Shown: positions 48,079 through 58,536, counted from the first letter of the stretch. The stretch is 64,000 nucleotides of DNA from Candidatus Thorarchaeota archaeon (GCA_016933575.1 JAFGAR010000081.1:96001-160000); one strand, 5' to 3'. The notes: generated by a model not told the origin, from the letters alone. Numbers and translations: made by a program.

Positions 48079-49380
48079 TTGCTCTATAAGTCAGAATTCT
48101 CTCGAATTATTGCTGATGTAGATTTGGCTGTGACTTCTTGGATTCCTCTGATTGCATTGATTATTGTCTTCATTCTGATTATCCTAAGAAAGGTCGGAAG
48201 CTTCAAGGTCAAGATCTGGCAGGCTATGGCCCTTGGTGCACTATTGGTTTTATTGACAGGTCAAATCTCACCTGTTGATGCACTCTACTCAGTCAATATT
48301 GATGTCATGCTCTTTCTCTTTGGCATGTTTGTCGTGGGAGAATCAATGCAGAGGAGTGGGTATCTCAATAGTTTATCCTACAGACTGTTTCGAAGAGCGA
48401 AGAGTGTAAATCATCTCATACTCCTTATCCTTTTTCCAATTGGTCTTCTCTCAGCAATTCTCATGAATGATACCTTGGCGATAATTGGTACTCCTGTAGT
48501 TCTTTCCATATCAAGGAAACAGAACATCTCATCCAAATTGCTACTAATGACTCTGGCTATTGCTGTTACAACGGGAAGTGTTTTGAGTCCAATAGGGAAC
48601 CCACAGAATCTTCTCATAGCAAATTCTGAGCCACTGACCAATCCATTCATCTCGTTTCTTCAGTACCTTCTTATTCCTTCTTTGATTTGCTTGGCTCTTG
48701 CATTCATTGTGTTGAAGATATTTTTCAGGAAAGAATTCTATAAACAGATTGAACCAAACAACAACGATGAATCAAATTCGGATCATCAGCTGATTATACT
48801 ATCAAAGACTGCTCTGGCAATACTTGTAATTCTAATTCTGGTAAAAATCAATCTGGCACTATTTTGGCCGGTATTAGAATTGCAGCTTGCTCTCATTGCA
48901 ATCATCGCTGCAGTACCGATTATTGTAATCAGTCGACAGAGAATCCAAATTCTCAAGAATATCGATTGGTCAACCTTGCTGTTCTTCGTATCGATGTTTA
49001 TTCTTATGTCAAGTGTCTGGCAGAGTGGCGTTTTTCAAGAGCTGATTGTCAATCTCACATTAGATGTTACATCGATTCCCGTAATCCTTGTACTTGGTAC
49101 CCTTCTAAGTCAATTGATATCCAATGTTCCGCTTGTTGCACTGTATCTACCCCTGCTGACCGTTTCAGGCGCATCAATTCCACAATTAATGGCACTAGCA
49201 GCTGGAAGTACCATAGCTGGTAACATGCTTATCCTTGGAGCAGCTAGCAATGTAATAATAATTCAAAATGCTGAGAAGCAAGGAGCCACCCTCACATTCT
49301 TCGAATTTGCTAAGGTTGGAATACCCCTTATCATTCTACAGATGATGGTATACCTTCTCTTTTTAGGATTCATGTTCTAA
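48079..49380 (+). CDS. ArsB/NhaD/CitMHS-type anion transporter
   Basis: SAILMND, GSVLSPIGNPQNL, IDWSTLLFF, SQLISNVP, GSTIAGN...GAASN. Confidence 0.88.
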   Translation: MLYKSEFSRIIADVDLAVTSWIPLIALIIVFILIILRKVGSFKVKIWQAMALGALLVLLTGQISPVDALYSVNIDVMLFLFGMFVVGESMQRSGYLNSLSYRLFRRAKSVNHLILLILFPIGLLSAILMNDTLAIIGTPVVLSISRKQNISSKLLLMTLAIAVTTGSVLSPIGNPQNLLIANSEPLTNPFISFLQYLLIPSLICLALAFIVLKIFFRKEFYKQIEPNNNDESNSDHQLIILSKTALAILVILILVKINLALFWPVLELQLALIAIIAAVPIIVISRQRIQILKNIDWSTLLFFVSMFILMSSVWQSGVFQELIVNLTLDVTSIPVILVLGTLLSQLISNVPLVALYLPLLTVSGASIPQLMALAAGSTIAGNMLILGAASNVIIIQNAEKQGATLTFFEFAKVGIPLIILQMMVYLLFLGFMF

Positions 49381-49395
49381 ATCTGCTTTTTCTAT

Positions 49396-50505
49396 CTAAG
49401 TTGTCCAGAACACCCATCCGTCATCCATCATTTCGCCCACTAATCTTCCCTTTTTCTCCCATCGTTTTACTGTCGTATAGATCATCTTATCCCTTCCTTT
49501 AGCTCTAGGGTCTTTTTCAATAAGTGTTCTCATGATTTCATCCATTGATCGTTTTTCTGGTAGTTTGAAATAGCCATTCAGTATGAGACCGGAAAGGGAC
49601 TTGGACGCTGACCAAGGATCTGGTTTCTCTGCTACATCAACCTCTAGCTTGTCTCTTGCTTCTTTGAACCTCTTTTCTAGTGTATCCAGAGAAACACCGA
49701 CTACATCAATCCTATCCAGATCGCCTATTCCAAGTTTCTTCTCTACAAAGGCCTGAATCAACTCGTTCTTCTGGAGTTTAATACCAGCGAGATGCAATCC
49801 TAACGCTTCGACTGCTACTGCATCACGTCCAACAAACAGGAAATCTGTCCTTATTTTGGCACTCTTGCCCTTAAAGAACTGAGAGAAGTATGTGGCATCA
49901 AGTACTGCGAGATCAATACCGCCTACTGTTTCATAGAGCGTTGTCAAGAGATTGAAGAAGATCTCGGCCTTATGGTATTGAACTTTCTTTCTCGTAGGTG
50001 GTAGACCAAAGAGATTCTTGAGAATGCTTCCCCTTGTGTATGACCTCATGACATGCGTGTCCACAAACACACGCGGCTTTAAGACCAATTTGGCAAGATC
50101 TATGGTGACCTTCCTAATTGGATTAGGCACTTCAACAGGAACCGTTTCAATCTCATCTGAGAGATTTACTGGGATGACAGAATCCGAGAATAATTTCTCC
50201 CATACCTTCAGTCGATCCGTTCCTGTTCCTTGATAGTTATCAGTTTCAACAAGGTATTTCTTCGGAGTATGCTTGAAGGCTTTAATGATTCCGTCAACCG
50301 TTTCAACTGTTGAGTACCAACCACTCTCAGGATAGAATACACCTACCTTGATAGCGACATCCCGGTTCGGGACATCGATATCATCTATCCCTCCTATCAG
50401 ATCGCAAGCTTCTCTTACAGCATTGCGTCTATGTTTACTCAAGTCTATAGCTGCTACGATTGATTTCATTCTAGCAACGCCTCTCTGAGAACACACCCTA
50501 GTCAT
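49396..50505 (-). CDS. DUF362-domain protein with C-terminal helical extension
   Basis: VAIK, LKNLFG, DLAVLDA, GRDAVAVE. Confidence 0.7.
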   Translation of the reverse strand: MTRVCSQRGVARMKSIVAAIDLSKHRRNAVREACDLIGGIDDIDVPNRDVAIKVGVFYPESGWYSTVETVDGIIKAFKHTPKKYLVETDNYQGTGTDRLKVWEKLFSDSVIPVNLSDEIETVPVEVPNPIRKVTIDLAKLVLKPRVFVDTHVMRSYTRGSILKNLFGLPPTRKKVQYHKAEIFFNLLTTLYETVGGIDLAVLDATYFSQFFKGKSAKIRTDFLFVGRDAVAVEALGLHLAGIKLQKNELIQAFVEKKLGIGDLDRIDVVGVSLDTLEKRFKEARDKLEVDVAEKPDPWSASKSLSGLILNGYFKLPEKRSMDEIMRTLIEKDPRAKGRDKMIYTTVKRWEKKGRLVGEMMDDGWVFWTT

Positions 50506-50685
50506 GGCTTATTCTTAATTCATTCACTCGAAAGCCCCGAGCTAGAGGAATAGAAGCGTGACCTGAATGAATTTGTTCCTACCAGATCTGTTACGCTTTG
50601 TTGCAGAGTCTTTCTATGGTTGATTCAGTTGCCCCTGCAATTCATTATCACGTTTTCTTTCTCCTCTTCCAAGGCAAACGCAAGA

Positions 50686-51012
50686 TCAGTAACAAAGTCC
50701 AGGACCTCCAAGACACAGGAGTATTGCACTAATCAAATTGGAATTATTAGCAGGATTTTCAAGAGGATAAACTGTCAACCATGCTATCAATCCAACTACG
50801 ATTATTGAAACCACGACTGCTATGATAGTGTTGACAACAAAGTCACCGGCAGCCATACAATAATATGAGCAGTAATTCCTTCTGAAAGCTCCACCTACAT
50901 AGGCTCGCTGTTCAAAGGTTGTTAGTTGGCCACACCACGCACATCTCTGTGTAGTGTCACCATATGCTCCTCGTCTTGGATAATGTGGATATTCTGAATG
51001 CCTCTCACTCAC
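50686..51012 (-). CDS. Small Zn-finger (CAWC...YCS..C) membrane protein; frame continues past the TGA to 50614
   Basis: CAWCG...NYCSYYC followed by two hydrophobic segments. Confidence 0.6.
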   Translation of the reverse strand: MSERHSEYPHYPRRGAYGDTTQRCAWCGQLTTFEQRAYVGGAFRRNYCSYYCMAAGDFVVNTIIAVVVSIIVVGLIAWLTVYPLENPANNSNLISAILLCLGGPGLCY

Positions 51013-51127
51013 GTTTGGATACTGCCTCCACGATACCTAGTTTCCATGTACCTATTATTTTGAAGGCTCTTAAATCTGCAGAGTGTCACTATCAACTATC
51101 AGTCCAGGATCTCCAATGTTATAGGGA

Positions 51128-52309
51128 CTATACCTCTTGACTCTTCAGCTGGGCAATCTTCTCTCTTACTTTGTCTAACTCGCGAACTCGTTTCTGAATG
51201 GCATCTTCTGTCTTGTTAATATTCTTCTGTATGTTTTTCACACGGTCTTCAATATTAGAGACTTCCTTCTTACGCCGTTTTTCTGCTGTATCAAATTCAG
51301 CTTTAGCATCATCCCATTCTTGCTTAGCAAGACGCATCTGTTCATTTACACTCTCATAGTGAATTCTCTTGACCTCAGCTTTATTATGACTCTCTCGCAC
51401 TCTCGCATCGAATTGAGAGCTGATTGCAATCTGGTTTGCAGTTGTCTGTTGCAATTCCATATGTAGACTAGAAAGATTTGAGATGAGATCTTTGATCTTA
51501 TGGTCTTGAAGGTCTTCTGGTTCCGTTATGCATGTTAATACTGCATCTATTTTTTCTCTTGAGGTATCCTTGATCTTTCTTTCTGCTGTTGCGAGTAATT
51601 CTTCAATTGTTGGTTCAGGAGTACTCCCAACCTTTTGCGGTTTCACACCCGGTCTTGAAACAGGGGGCACAGGCAGATCTGGAACCCTCTCTACCTTCTT
51701 AGCTGATACTGTAGGTTCTTGTACTTCAGAATGTACTGGCGGTGGTTGTTCAATCGGTCGTTGAATTACGTGGGTCATAGGTGTTTCTTCTGTAAGAGTA
51801 TCTCTGGGTCTGACATTCGGTATTGAAGGTGGTGATGGAGTTGGTTTTGCTTCCATACCCATTGATGATGCTGGTGAGGGGGTTTCTGATTGGGTAGGTA
51901 TCCTCTCCATAAGTTCTCTTACCTCACTTGCCCTGAGCATTCTGGTCTCAACAATCCCTTCTCCTTCTTCTTGGATACCGACTTCTTCAGCCTTGGCAAA
52001 TGCTTCTCTTGCCTTTTCCATCTCAGATTTGCCTTTACTTGAAGAGGTCGTTCTCATCCTGTCCGGAGATACTTCACTGGGTCTTACCCAACGATCATCC
52101 GTTGTGACTTTTGTCGAATCTGTTTTAGATGCTATAGGTTGATCTGGAATCTTTTCTGGAGTCTTGACCTCAGAACTCCCGATCCTATTACCTGGGGCTG
52201 CTGGTTTAACAGTAGGTTCTTCCGTTGAAGAATAGAGTGATTTTCCACAACGAACACAATGGCTTCGCGTAGGATTGTTAGCCTTCCCACAACTTGGACA
52301 TATTCTCAA
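51128..52309 (-). CDS. Zinc-ribbon, Pro-rich disordered region and coiled-coil protein
   Basis: CPSC...CVRC N-terminus, P/S/T/E/K-rich middle, heptad-rich C-terminus. Confidence 0.75.
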   Translation of the reverse strand: MRICPSCGKANNPTRSHCVRCGKSLYSSTEEPTVKPAAPGNRIGSSEVKTPEKIPDQPIASKTDSTKVTTDDRWVRPSEVSPDRMRTTSSSKGKSEMEKAREAFAKAEEVGIQEEGEGIVETRMLRASEVRELMERIPTQSETPSPASSMGMEAKPTPSPPSIPNVRPRDTLTEETPMTHVIQRPIEQPPPVHSEVQEPTVSAKKVERVPDLPVPPVSRPGVKPQKVGSTPEPTIEELLATAERKIKDTSREKIDAVLTCITEPEDLQDHKIKDLISNLSSLHMELQQTTANQIAISSQFDARVRESHNKAEVKRIHYESVNEQMRLAKQEWDDAKAEFDTAEKRRKKEVSNIEDRVKNIQKNINKTEDAIQKRVRELDKVREKIAQLKSQEV

Positions 52310-52439
52310 TCAAGAATCATCCCCTAATCGTAGGTCTACCTATTCGAATCATACACTGTAAAGGTTTTCCATAGCAATTTCAGTAGGCATGAATTCTTAC
52401 TATTGTAGTATCCCCTTGAGAATCTGAAACGATTGCACA

Positions 52440-53882
52440 CTATTGGGACTCTTTGTAACCTGCTTGTTCTCTTGCAATCTTAAGAGGTGGTTTGATATCC
52501 TTTGGTACTGGCGATTTGTACACTCTGCCTGCTTTTCTTGTTACGAACTCATCTTGTACCTTCTTTAGGACCTCTGGCTCTGTGATGAGATCAATGACAG
52601 ATCCTACCATAGCCTTTGCGGCAAACAAGAGTGACTTATGTCCAATTCCTGCACCACTGCATGCAACAACCTGCCAAGAATGGGCTCCTATCCCCAATAC
52701 GTACGTAGAAGTAGTGAATTCCATGGTCGGAGTGACCCAACTCACATCTCCGACATCTGTCGATCCTGGCCAGACAATACCTTCATCCCACGGGTCCATG
52801 ATCTCGGTATCAATCACTTCATCAATAAGACCTTGCCATCCAGGTCTCTTTGACAGTCTCAATTCTTCAATCTTGTCTTCCCTTGGTACAGTCGTTGAAA
52901 TCTCTTCAGCGAATTTCAGATCTTGCTTTGAATATTCTGGAGTTCCTATCTCTCTCATGTTTGCTGTGACAACATCGCTTAGGCCCTTGTTTGGAAGAAC
53001 ATTATACACACCTTCGATGAACTCGACTTTGTGAGTTGTCCTTGCCATTAAATCTGCACCATCTGCAATTTTCAATACCCACTCATAGATATGATCGACT
53101 TGTTCTCGTTCTGGAGCACGTACATAATGCCAACTCCGTGCATATGGCGGTACAACATTAGGTTGCATTCCGCCGTCCTCAACAACATAATGAATTCGTG
53201 CCTCTTGGACAATGTGTTCTCTCATGAAGTTGATACCAACATTCATCAGCTCCACTGCATCAAGTGCACTCTTACCGAGAAATGGTGTGTAAGCTGCATG
53301 CGAAGACACTCCATGAAAATGAAACTTGACAGAATTGATAGCCAGACTACTTCCTATACCTGCGACATTGGAACTGCCAGGGTGATGGCTTAGTACTGCA
53401 TCCACATCATCGTACAGTCCATCCCGAACCATGAACATCTTTCCACTATAGGTCTCCTCAGCTGGAGTGCCATAGAACCTGATTGTACCTTTGCTACCAT
53501 TCTTCTCCATAGCGATTTTTGCAGCAATTGCTGCACCCAATGCACTCACTCCATGGATATTATGACCGCATCCATGTCCTGGAGCCCCTTGAACGATGGG
53601 TTCTCTGTGCGTTGTCACTTTCTGAGATAGTCCGGGGAGTGCATCGTACTCTCCCTGAACCCCGATGATTGGCTTTCCACTACCCCATGATGCAACGAAT
53701 GCAGTGGGCATCTCTGCAACTCCTCTTCTGACCTTGAACCCATTTTCTTCAAGTGATTTTGCCAGAATCTCTGATGATTTGTATTCAACAAGTCCGAGCT
53801 CTGCTAGATTCCAAATCTTATCGCTAGTTTCGATTAATTTACTCTCATTATCAGAGAGCCATTTCCAAGCAGTTTCCTTCAT
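52440..53882 (-). CDS. M20 amidohydrolase, AbgB (p-aminobenzoyl-glutamate hydrolase B)-like
   Basis: GEYDALPGLSQ, GHGCGHN, GTPAEE, SHHP, SALDAVELMN.G, GSTDVGDVSW, HSWQ. Confidence 0.9.
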   Translation of the reverse strand: MKETAWKWLSDNESKLIETSDKIWNLAELGLVEYKSSEILAKSLEENGFKVRRGVAEMPTAFVASWGSGKPIIGVQGEYDALPGLSQKVTTHREPIVQGAPGHGCGHNIHGVSALGAAIAAKIAMEKNGSKGTIRFYGTPAEETYSGKMFMVRDGLYDDVDAVLSHHPGSSNVAGIGSSLAINSVKFHFHGVSSHAAYTPFLGKSALDAVELMNVGINFMREHIVQEARIHYVVEDGGMQPNVVPPYARSWHYVRAPEREQVDHIYEWVLKIADGADLMARTTHKVEFIEGVYNVLPNKGLSDVVTANMREIGTPEYSKQDLKFAEEISTTVPREDKIEELRLSKRPGWQGLIDEVIDTEIMDPWDEGIVWPGSTDVGDVSWVTPTMEFTTSTYVLGIGAHSWQVVACSGAGIGHKSLLFAAKAMVGSVIDLITEPEVLKKVQDEFVTRKAGRVYKSPVPKDIKPPLKIAREQAGYKESQ

Positions 53883-54036
53883 TTACGAATGCTCCTATTG
53901 GGTTTCTTTTACTTGCAACAGTATATCCTTCCAATATATTATATATCTCATAAATGTGAGTGGAAACGCAAACTCCCGTAAAATGCTCAGATGCAACTTC
54001 TTATCTCAAAACGATATTTGATTATACTGGGGATTC

Positions 54037-54393
54037 GTGATGAACAAACGAGATGCACCATGGTATAGAGAGGTCCGACTCAGCTCCGGGATGATTCTAA
54101 GGCGCGTATTTGTTCTCTTTCTCATCATTGATTTAATGGGTATGGTCTATGTGACTAGATACGTATTTGGGAACTTGGAAGATGGATTTGAATGGGGTTC
54201 TCCAGGTCATGTCTTATTCCCATTTCCCTATGAGTGGCAAACCATGGTGCCCGTCACACAACCTCTTAACCCTCTTGAAACATTCACCTATGTTCTATTC
54301 ATAGCAAATGGTCTATGGTTGCTATGGGTGACAATAGGTCTTCTCTATATTTTCTCTCCATATATTGAAAAATTCCGTAAAAGAAATGTCTGA
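54037..54393 (+). CDS. Hypothetical membrane protein (2 TM)
   Basis: Two hydrophobic segments. Confidence 0.6.
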   Translation: MMNKRDAPWYREVRLSSGMILRRVFVLFLIIDLMGMVYVTRYVFGNLEDGFEWGSPGHVLFPFPYEWQTMVPVTQPLNPLETFTYVLFIANGLWLLWVTIGLLYIFSPYIEKFRKRNV

Positions 54394-54421
54394 TCCATTC
54401 ACTCAATAGCCATGAGGAGAA

Positions 54422-55852
54422 TCAATCCTTAGCTGGAAGCTTGATCTCAAATGATGCTCCCTTCATGCCTTCTCTTTGCATTAGACCAATCGTTCCACCA
54501 TAACCTTCAATGACTTTCTTGGATAGATAGAGACCATATCCACCGCCTGTTGTTGAAGCTCCCTTGTTGAACAACTTTGGTCTAATTTCATCTGGGATGC
54601 CTGGACCATTATCATGGACTTCTATCCGAATCATATCATCAATTCTGGATACATTAATCGTAATCAGTACAGCTTTGTCAGAGAATTCAGCCGCATTACG
54701 AAAAAGGTTGTCAAATACAAGTGGAATCAACCGAGCGCCTAGAATTTGCGTGTCTTTGATGTATGAATTGATAGTTACTCTCATTCCTGAATGAGCTTTT
54801 ACTGCTCTTGATTTTGCATCTTCTATTATCTTGATAATGTCCATCTCATCTGCATCTGCAGGTTTCCCAAAGACATCAAGAAGACTGACCATTCTTTCAG
54901 ATGTTGCTTGGACAATCTCAACATATTCAGATGCTTGTGATTCTTTATCAAGGATCATTAGAGCGGCCTCTGCATGGTTCATAAGAATTTGAAGGTCATT
55001 CCTCATATCATGAGACAAGAAGGATGCATATAACTCAAGATCCTGATTGGACCGTCTGATTCTTTCCTCAGCAACTACATTTTTTGTGATATCTTCTTTT
55101 ACTGCGACAAAGTGAGTTATCTTTCCTTCTTGTGTGTGTATCGGAGAAATCCATGCATCTTCCCAATATATCGTTCCGTCCTTCTTTCTGTTGATGAAAC
55201 GTCCACGCCATATTTTGCCTGATTTGATTGTAGCCCATAACTCTTCATACACTTCCGGAGATGTTCTTCCTGATTTTAGTAATCGTGGATTTTTGCCAAT
55301 AGCCTCCTCAATTGAGTAACCTGTCAAATCGGAAAATTTTGGATTGACATATTCAATAGTCCCCTCAGTATCAGTGATTACAACAGAAGTTGGACTCGCT
55401 TCTATTGCTCCAGACAGCTTAAGCAGTTCCAACTCTCGTTCCTTTTCAACAGTAACATCAAACACAATAGCCATTGTGCCAATTACATTGTCTTGTTCAT
55501 CTCGTCTTGGTACACCTGAGATTTTTACCACTATAACACCGTGGTCTTTTCTTATCATTTTCAAATTGTATACAGAAGATACTCCCACCTTTCGTTTAGC
55601 GTTCTCTGTGAGAAGTATATCAATTTCACTCTCAATTATTATCTCTCTGTAATTCTTTCCAATCAATTCTTTTGGATCATAACCTAACATATTCGCAAAT
55701 TCATCATTCACAAATTGCAGATTCATTTCTAAGTCTGTGATGCAAAATCCCTCTGGAAGATGCGTGATAAAATCACGGTAATGTTTCTCGTCTATTATTT
55801 TCTCAGAACAGTCTTCGTTGCCTGGGGGCATTTGTGCATCTCTCTTTTCCAA
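54422..55852 (-). CDS. Cytoplasmic PAS-PAS sensor histidine kinase
   Basis: Two PAS/PAC domains, SHDMRN H-box, NLFRNA N-box, DNGPGI, GGGYGL. Confidence 0.93.
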   Translation of the reverse strand: MEKRDAQMPPGNEDCSEKIIDEKHYRDFITHLPEGFCITDLEMNLQFVNDEFANMLGYDPKELIGKNYREIIIESEIDILLTENAKRKVGVSSVYNLKMIRKDHGVIVVKISGVPRRDEQDNVIGTMAIVFDVTVEKERELELLKLSGAIEASPTSVVITDTEGTIEYVNPKFSDLTGYSIEEAIGKNPRLLKSGRTSPEVYEELWATIKSGKIWRGRFINRKKDGTIYWEDAWISPIHTQEGKITHFVAVKEDITKNVVAEERIRRSNQDLELYASFLSHDMRNDLQILMNHAEAALMILDKESQASEYVEIVQATSERMVSLLDVFGKPADADEMDIIKIIEDAKSRAVKAHSGMRVTINSYIKDTQILGARLIPLVFDNLFRNAAEFSDKAVLITINVSRIDDMIRIEVHDNGPGIPDEIRPKLFNKGASTTGGGYGLYLSKKVIEGYGGTIGLMQREGMKGASFEIKLPAKD

Positions 55853-56008
55853 TTTGATTGGACTACTTTATTGTACAAACTAATTGTTGGTTGATACCCA
55901 TGCAATATAATATGCATGATAGTTACTCAATAAATATTGTGAGCCATATATTACAGTAGGCTCTTATAGAGCCATTTTCAAATAGTACTCGATGGAGATT
56001 GATATCCG

Positions 56009-57343
56009 ATGACCTCTCCCAAATCAGCTTTAAATATTACTATCTTCTGGGATGTCGAGAATGTTTCTGATGATTTGGCTACGCACAGGAACATGACCGA
56101 GAAGATCAAACAGACTGGAAACGTAGTGAAAGCCTATGCATTTGCAGATTGGGACACTCGACGGCAGATGGCAATCGACCTGTATCAACTTGGGTATGAT
56201 TTACTCCATGTCCCCGACACCAAAGATAATGCTAGCGATTACAAGATGGCTTCGTACATCTTGGATCATCTTATCCACTACCCCAAAACATCTCGTTACG
56301 TACTTGTTACTGGGGATGGAGATTTCAAATTGCTTGCAGGGGCTCTTAAAGAACGTGGAGTTGATATTTGGCTTATCAGCAATCCAATCATCACAGCATC
56401 CGAGCTCCATGACATTGCATCAACTTATAGTGACATATTCTCTTTCAGACCTGGTTTGGATTGTGTAAATCCTGAAGACTGCGATGAGTCTGTCCAGAGT
56501 ATAGTTCAACTTCGACATTTAGCTGCTGTTCAACTTCAGGAAGTCATTCGGTTGATAACCAACACTGGCAATAAGCCTGGAGTTGGTCATGCTAAACATG
56601 TCATGACCTCGCTTAACCCTGATTTTAATGAGAATGATCTAGGTTTCAAACACTGGCACGATTTCCTTGATTGGGCTGAGGCTGAAGGATATATCAAACA
56701 TGAAAGAGATCTACCCAGCTCGCTACTGAAACTTCCTACAGAATTACCCCCTCATTCTGTAACAATATCAACAGAAGTAAGTCAGGCCTTCGCGTTTATT
56801 GCAAAAGTTGCTGAAGATAGTCTTACTGAAGGAAAACCCATATCATTGATGGAACTCGGAACAAGAATCCGCCAGCTCGGTTTGGAGTTTGAGAAAATTG
56901 GGTACCGACGATTTTCCGACTTTGTACTCGCCGCTGAAAAACGTGGTATAATACGAATTTTCGCTCCAAAAAAGGAAGGAGAGTCACCCATCGTTCTTCC
57001 GGTATATACAATTGAGCACTTACAGGATTGGTTTGAGGAAAATGTTGAACGAATATTCGGAGCCTCTGTCAATGTTCCCAAGGCCCCATTCTTGAAGAAG
57101 ATCTCACAGACTCTACTTGAGACTCAGACGAGTCTCTCTGAACTTGAAAATTATCTCACAGCTCCGCCTGTCAAAAACGCCTATAGTGTAATATTACAAG
57201 CGAGTGACATTCCATTCTTACCACCATACCAACAATCGCTTGCACACATACTAATTGGAAAGGGTATCGAGTGCAATGATGTTGTTACAAAGGTGAACTT
57301 AGAATTAAGCCCATTGGGCATAAAATTACAATGTCCAACTTGA
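56009..57343 (+). CDS. NYN (PIN-like) RNase domain protein with OST-HTH/LOTUS repeats
   Basis: IFWDVENV, KDNASD, LVTGDGDF; PDFNENDLGFKHWHDFL and FEKIGYRRFSDFV repeats. Confidence 0.82.
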   Translation: MTSPKSALNITIFWDVENVSDDLATHRNMTEKIKQTGNVVKAYAFADWDTRRQMAIDLYQLGYDLLHVPDTKDNASDYKMASYILDHLIHYPKTSRYVLVTGDGDFKLLAGALKERGVDIWLISNPIITASELHDIASTYSDIFSFRPGLDCVNPEDCDESVQSIVQLRHLAAVQLQEVIRLITNTGNKPGVGHAKHVMTSLNPDFNENDLGFKHWHDFLDWAEAEGYIKHERDLPSSLLKLPTELPPHSVTISTEVSQAFAFIAKVAEDSLTEGKPISLMELGTRIRQLGLEFEKIGYRRFSDFVLAAEKRGIIRIFAPKKEGESPIVLPVYTIEHLQDWFEENVERIFGASVNVPKAPFLKKISQTLLETQTSLSELENYLTAPPVKNAYSVILQASDIPFLPPYQQSLAHILIGKGIECNDVVTKVNLELSPLGIKLQCPT

Positions 57344-57383
57344 CAGAAGACTAATCAACTCCTCTGTATATACGCAAAGGGAC

Positions 57384-58475
57384 GTGTCAAAGATGAATTC
57401 CTATGAGAAATTGGCAGCAACATTGGACAAGATTCCTAATGGATTTCCTGCAGTTGAAGATGGCACTCATCTTCGGATACTTGAATGGATTTTCACCCCC
57501 GAGGAAGCTGATTTGGCTAGCCAACTCAAACTTCGAGGTGAGACCTTGGAAGAGTTAGCGAGGCGCTTAAATCTTCCAAAAGAAGATCTAGAATCACGTC
57601 TGGATATTATGATTTCAAAAGGACAAATCAATTCTTGGATATCTAAGAGTGCAGGTGCAAGAAAGTATTCCTTACTTCCATTTGCTGTTGGAATATTTGA
57701 AGAACAACTTGGGCGTATGGATGAAGAATTGGCTCGAATGTTAGATAGTTACTTTCAATACGGATTCAAGAAAATCACTGCCACTGAACCTGTGATATTC
57801 AAGGTAATTCCAGTTAATCAGAGTCTAAGCTCGGATTTGAACGTCCACCCCTACGAACAAGCCGAACAACTTTTGGAGAATGCTGCATCTTGGGGAGTAC
57901 GTGAGTGCATTTGTAAGAAACAGAAAGCACTCATAGGAGAACCCTGCAGCTATCCAACAACAGTCTGTCTTGTATTTGCAAAGAACAAAGTTGATGCATT
58001 TGAACATGATGAGCTGACAAAGACAATTACAAAAGAAGAATCACTCAAGCTCTTAAAAGACGCAGAAAATGCTGGTCTGGTCCATTGCTCCTACAATACA
58101 CAGTCTGGTCATAACTACATTTGTAACTGTTGTACCTGCTGTTGCGGTGTTCTCAGAGGAGTCAATGCTACTGAGCACCCAAGGGAGTACATCAAGACCG
58201 ATTTCCTAATCTCAATAGATACTGATTTGTGCTCAGGGTGTGGTACTTGCCTCGACCGCTGTCAGTTTGAAGCACTGAGTGTTCCTGAGGATATCTGTGT
58301 GGTAGATCCGGAACGGTGTATAGGGTGTGGCGTCTGTGCTATTGTGTGTCCTGAAAACGCTCTATCCCTGGTCAGAAAGAGCAGTCCTGATAAACCACCA
58401 TCTCCTGAAAATACTCTGGATTGGATGACTCAACGTGCAATCTCTAGAAATGTTGATCCCTCTGACATTTTGTGA
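57384..58475 (+). CDS. 4Fe-4S binding protein (N-terminal HTH-like region, C-terminal dicluster ferredoxin)
   Basis: CICK, ICNCCTCCC, CSGCGTCLDRC, CIGCGVCAIVCP. Confidence 0.9.
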   Translation: MSKMNSYEKLAATLDKIPNGFPAVEDGTHLRILEWIFTPEEADLASQLKLRGETLEELARRLNLPKEDLESRLDIMISKGQINSWISKSAGARKYSLLPFAVGIFEEQLGRMDEELARMLDSYFQYGFKKITATEPVIFKVIPVNQSLSSDLNVHPYEQAEQLLENAASWGVRECICKKQKALIGEPCSYPTTVCLVFAKNKVDAFEHDELTKTITKEESLKLLKDAENAGLVHCSYNTQSGHNYICNCCTCCCGVLRGVNATEHPREYIKTDFLISIDTDLCSGCGTCLDRCQFEALSVPEDICVVDPERCIGCGVCAIVCPENALSLVRKSSPDKPPSPENTLDWMTQRAISRNVDPSDIL

Positions 58476-58536
58476 GTACTCCAGTGTATGATTACTCTTA
58501 AGAAGAACTGATGAGAAACACTTGTTGGAATTACTG

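Noticed and set aside
52492-53034. 180-aa ORF opposite the AbgB-like gene
   Set aside because: Antisense shadow with no independent motif.
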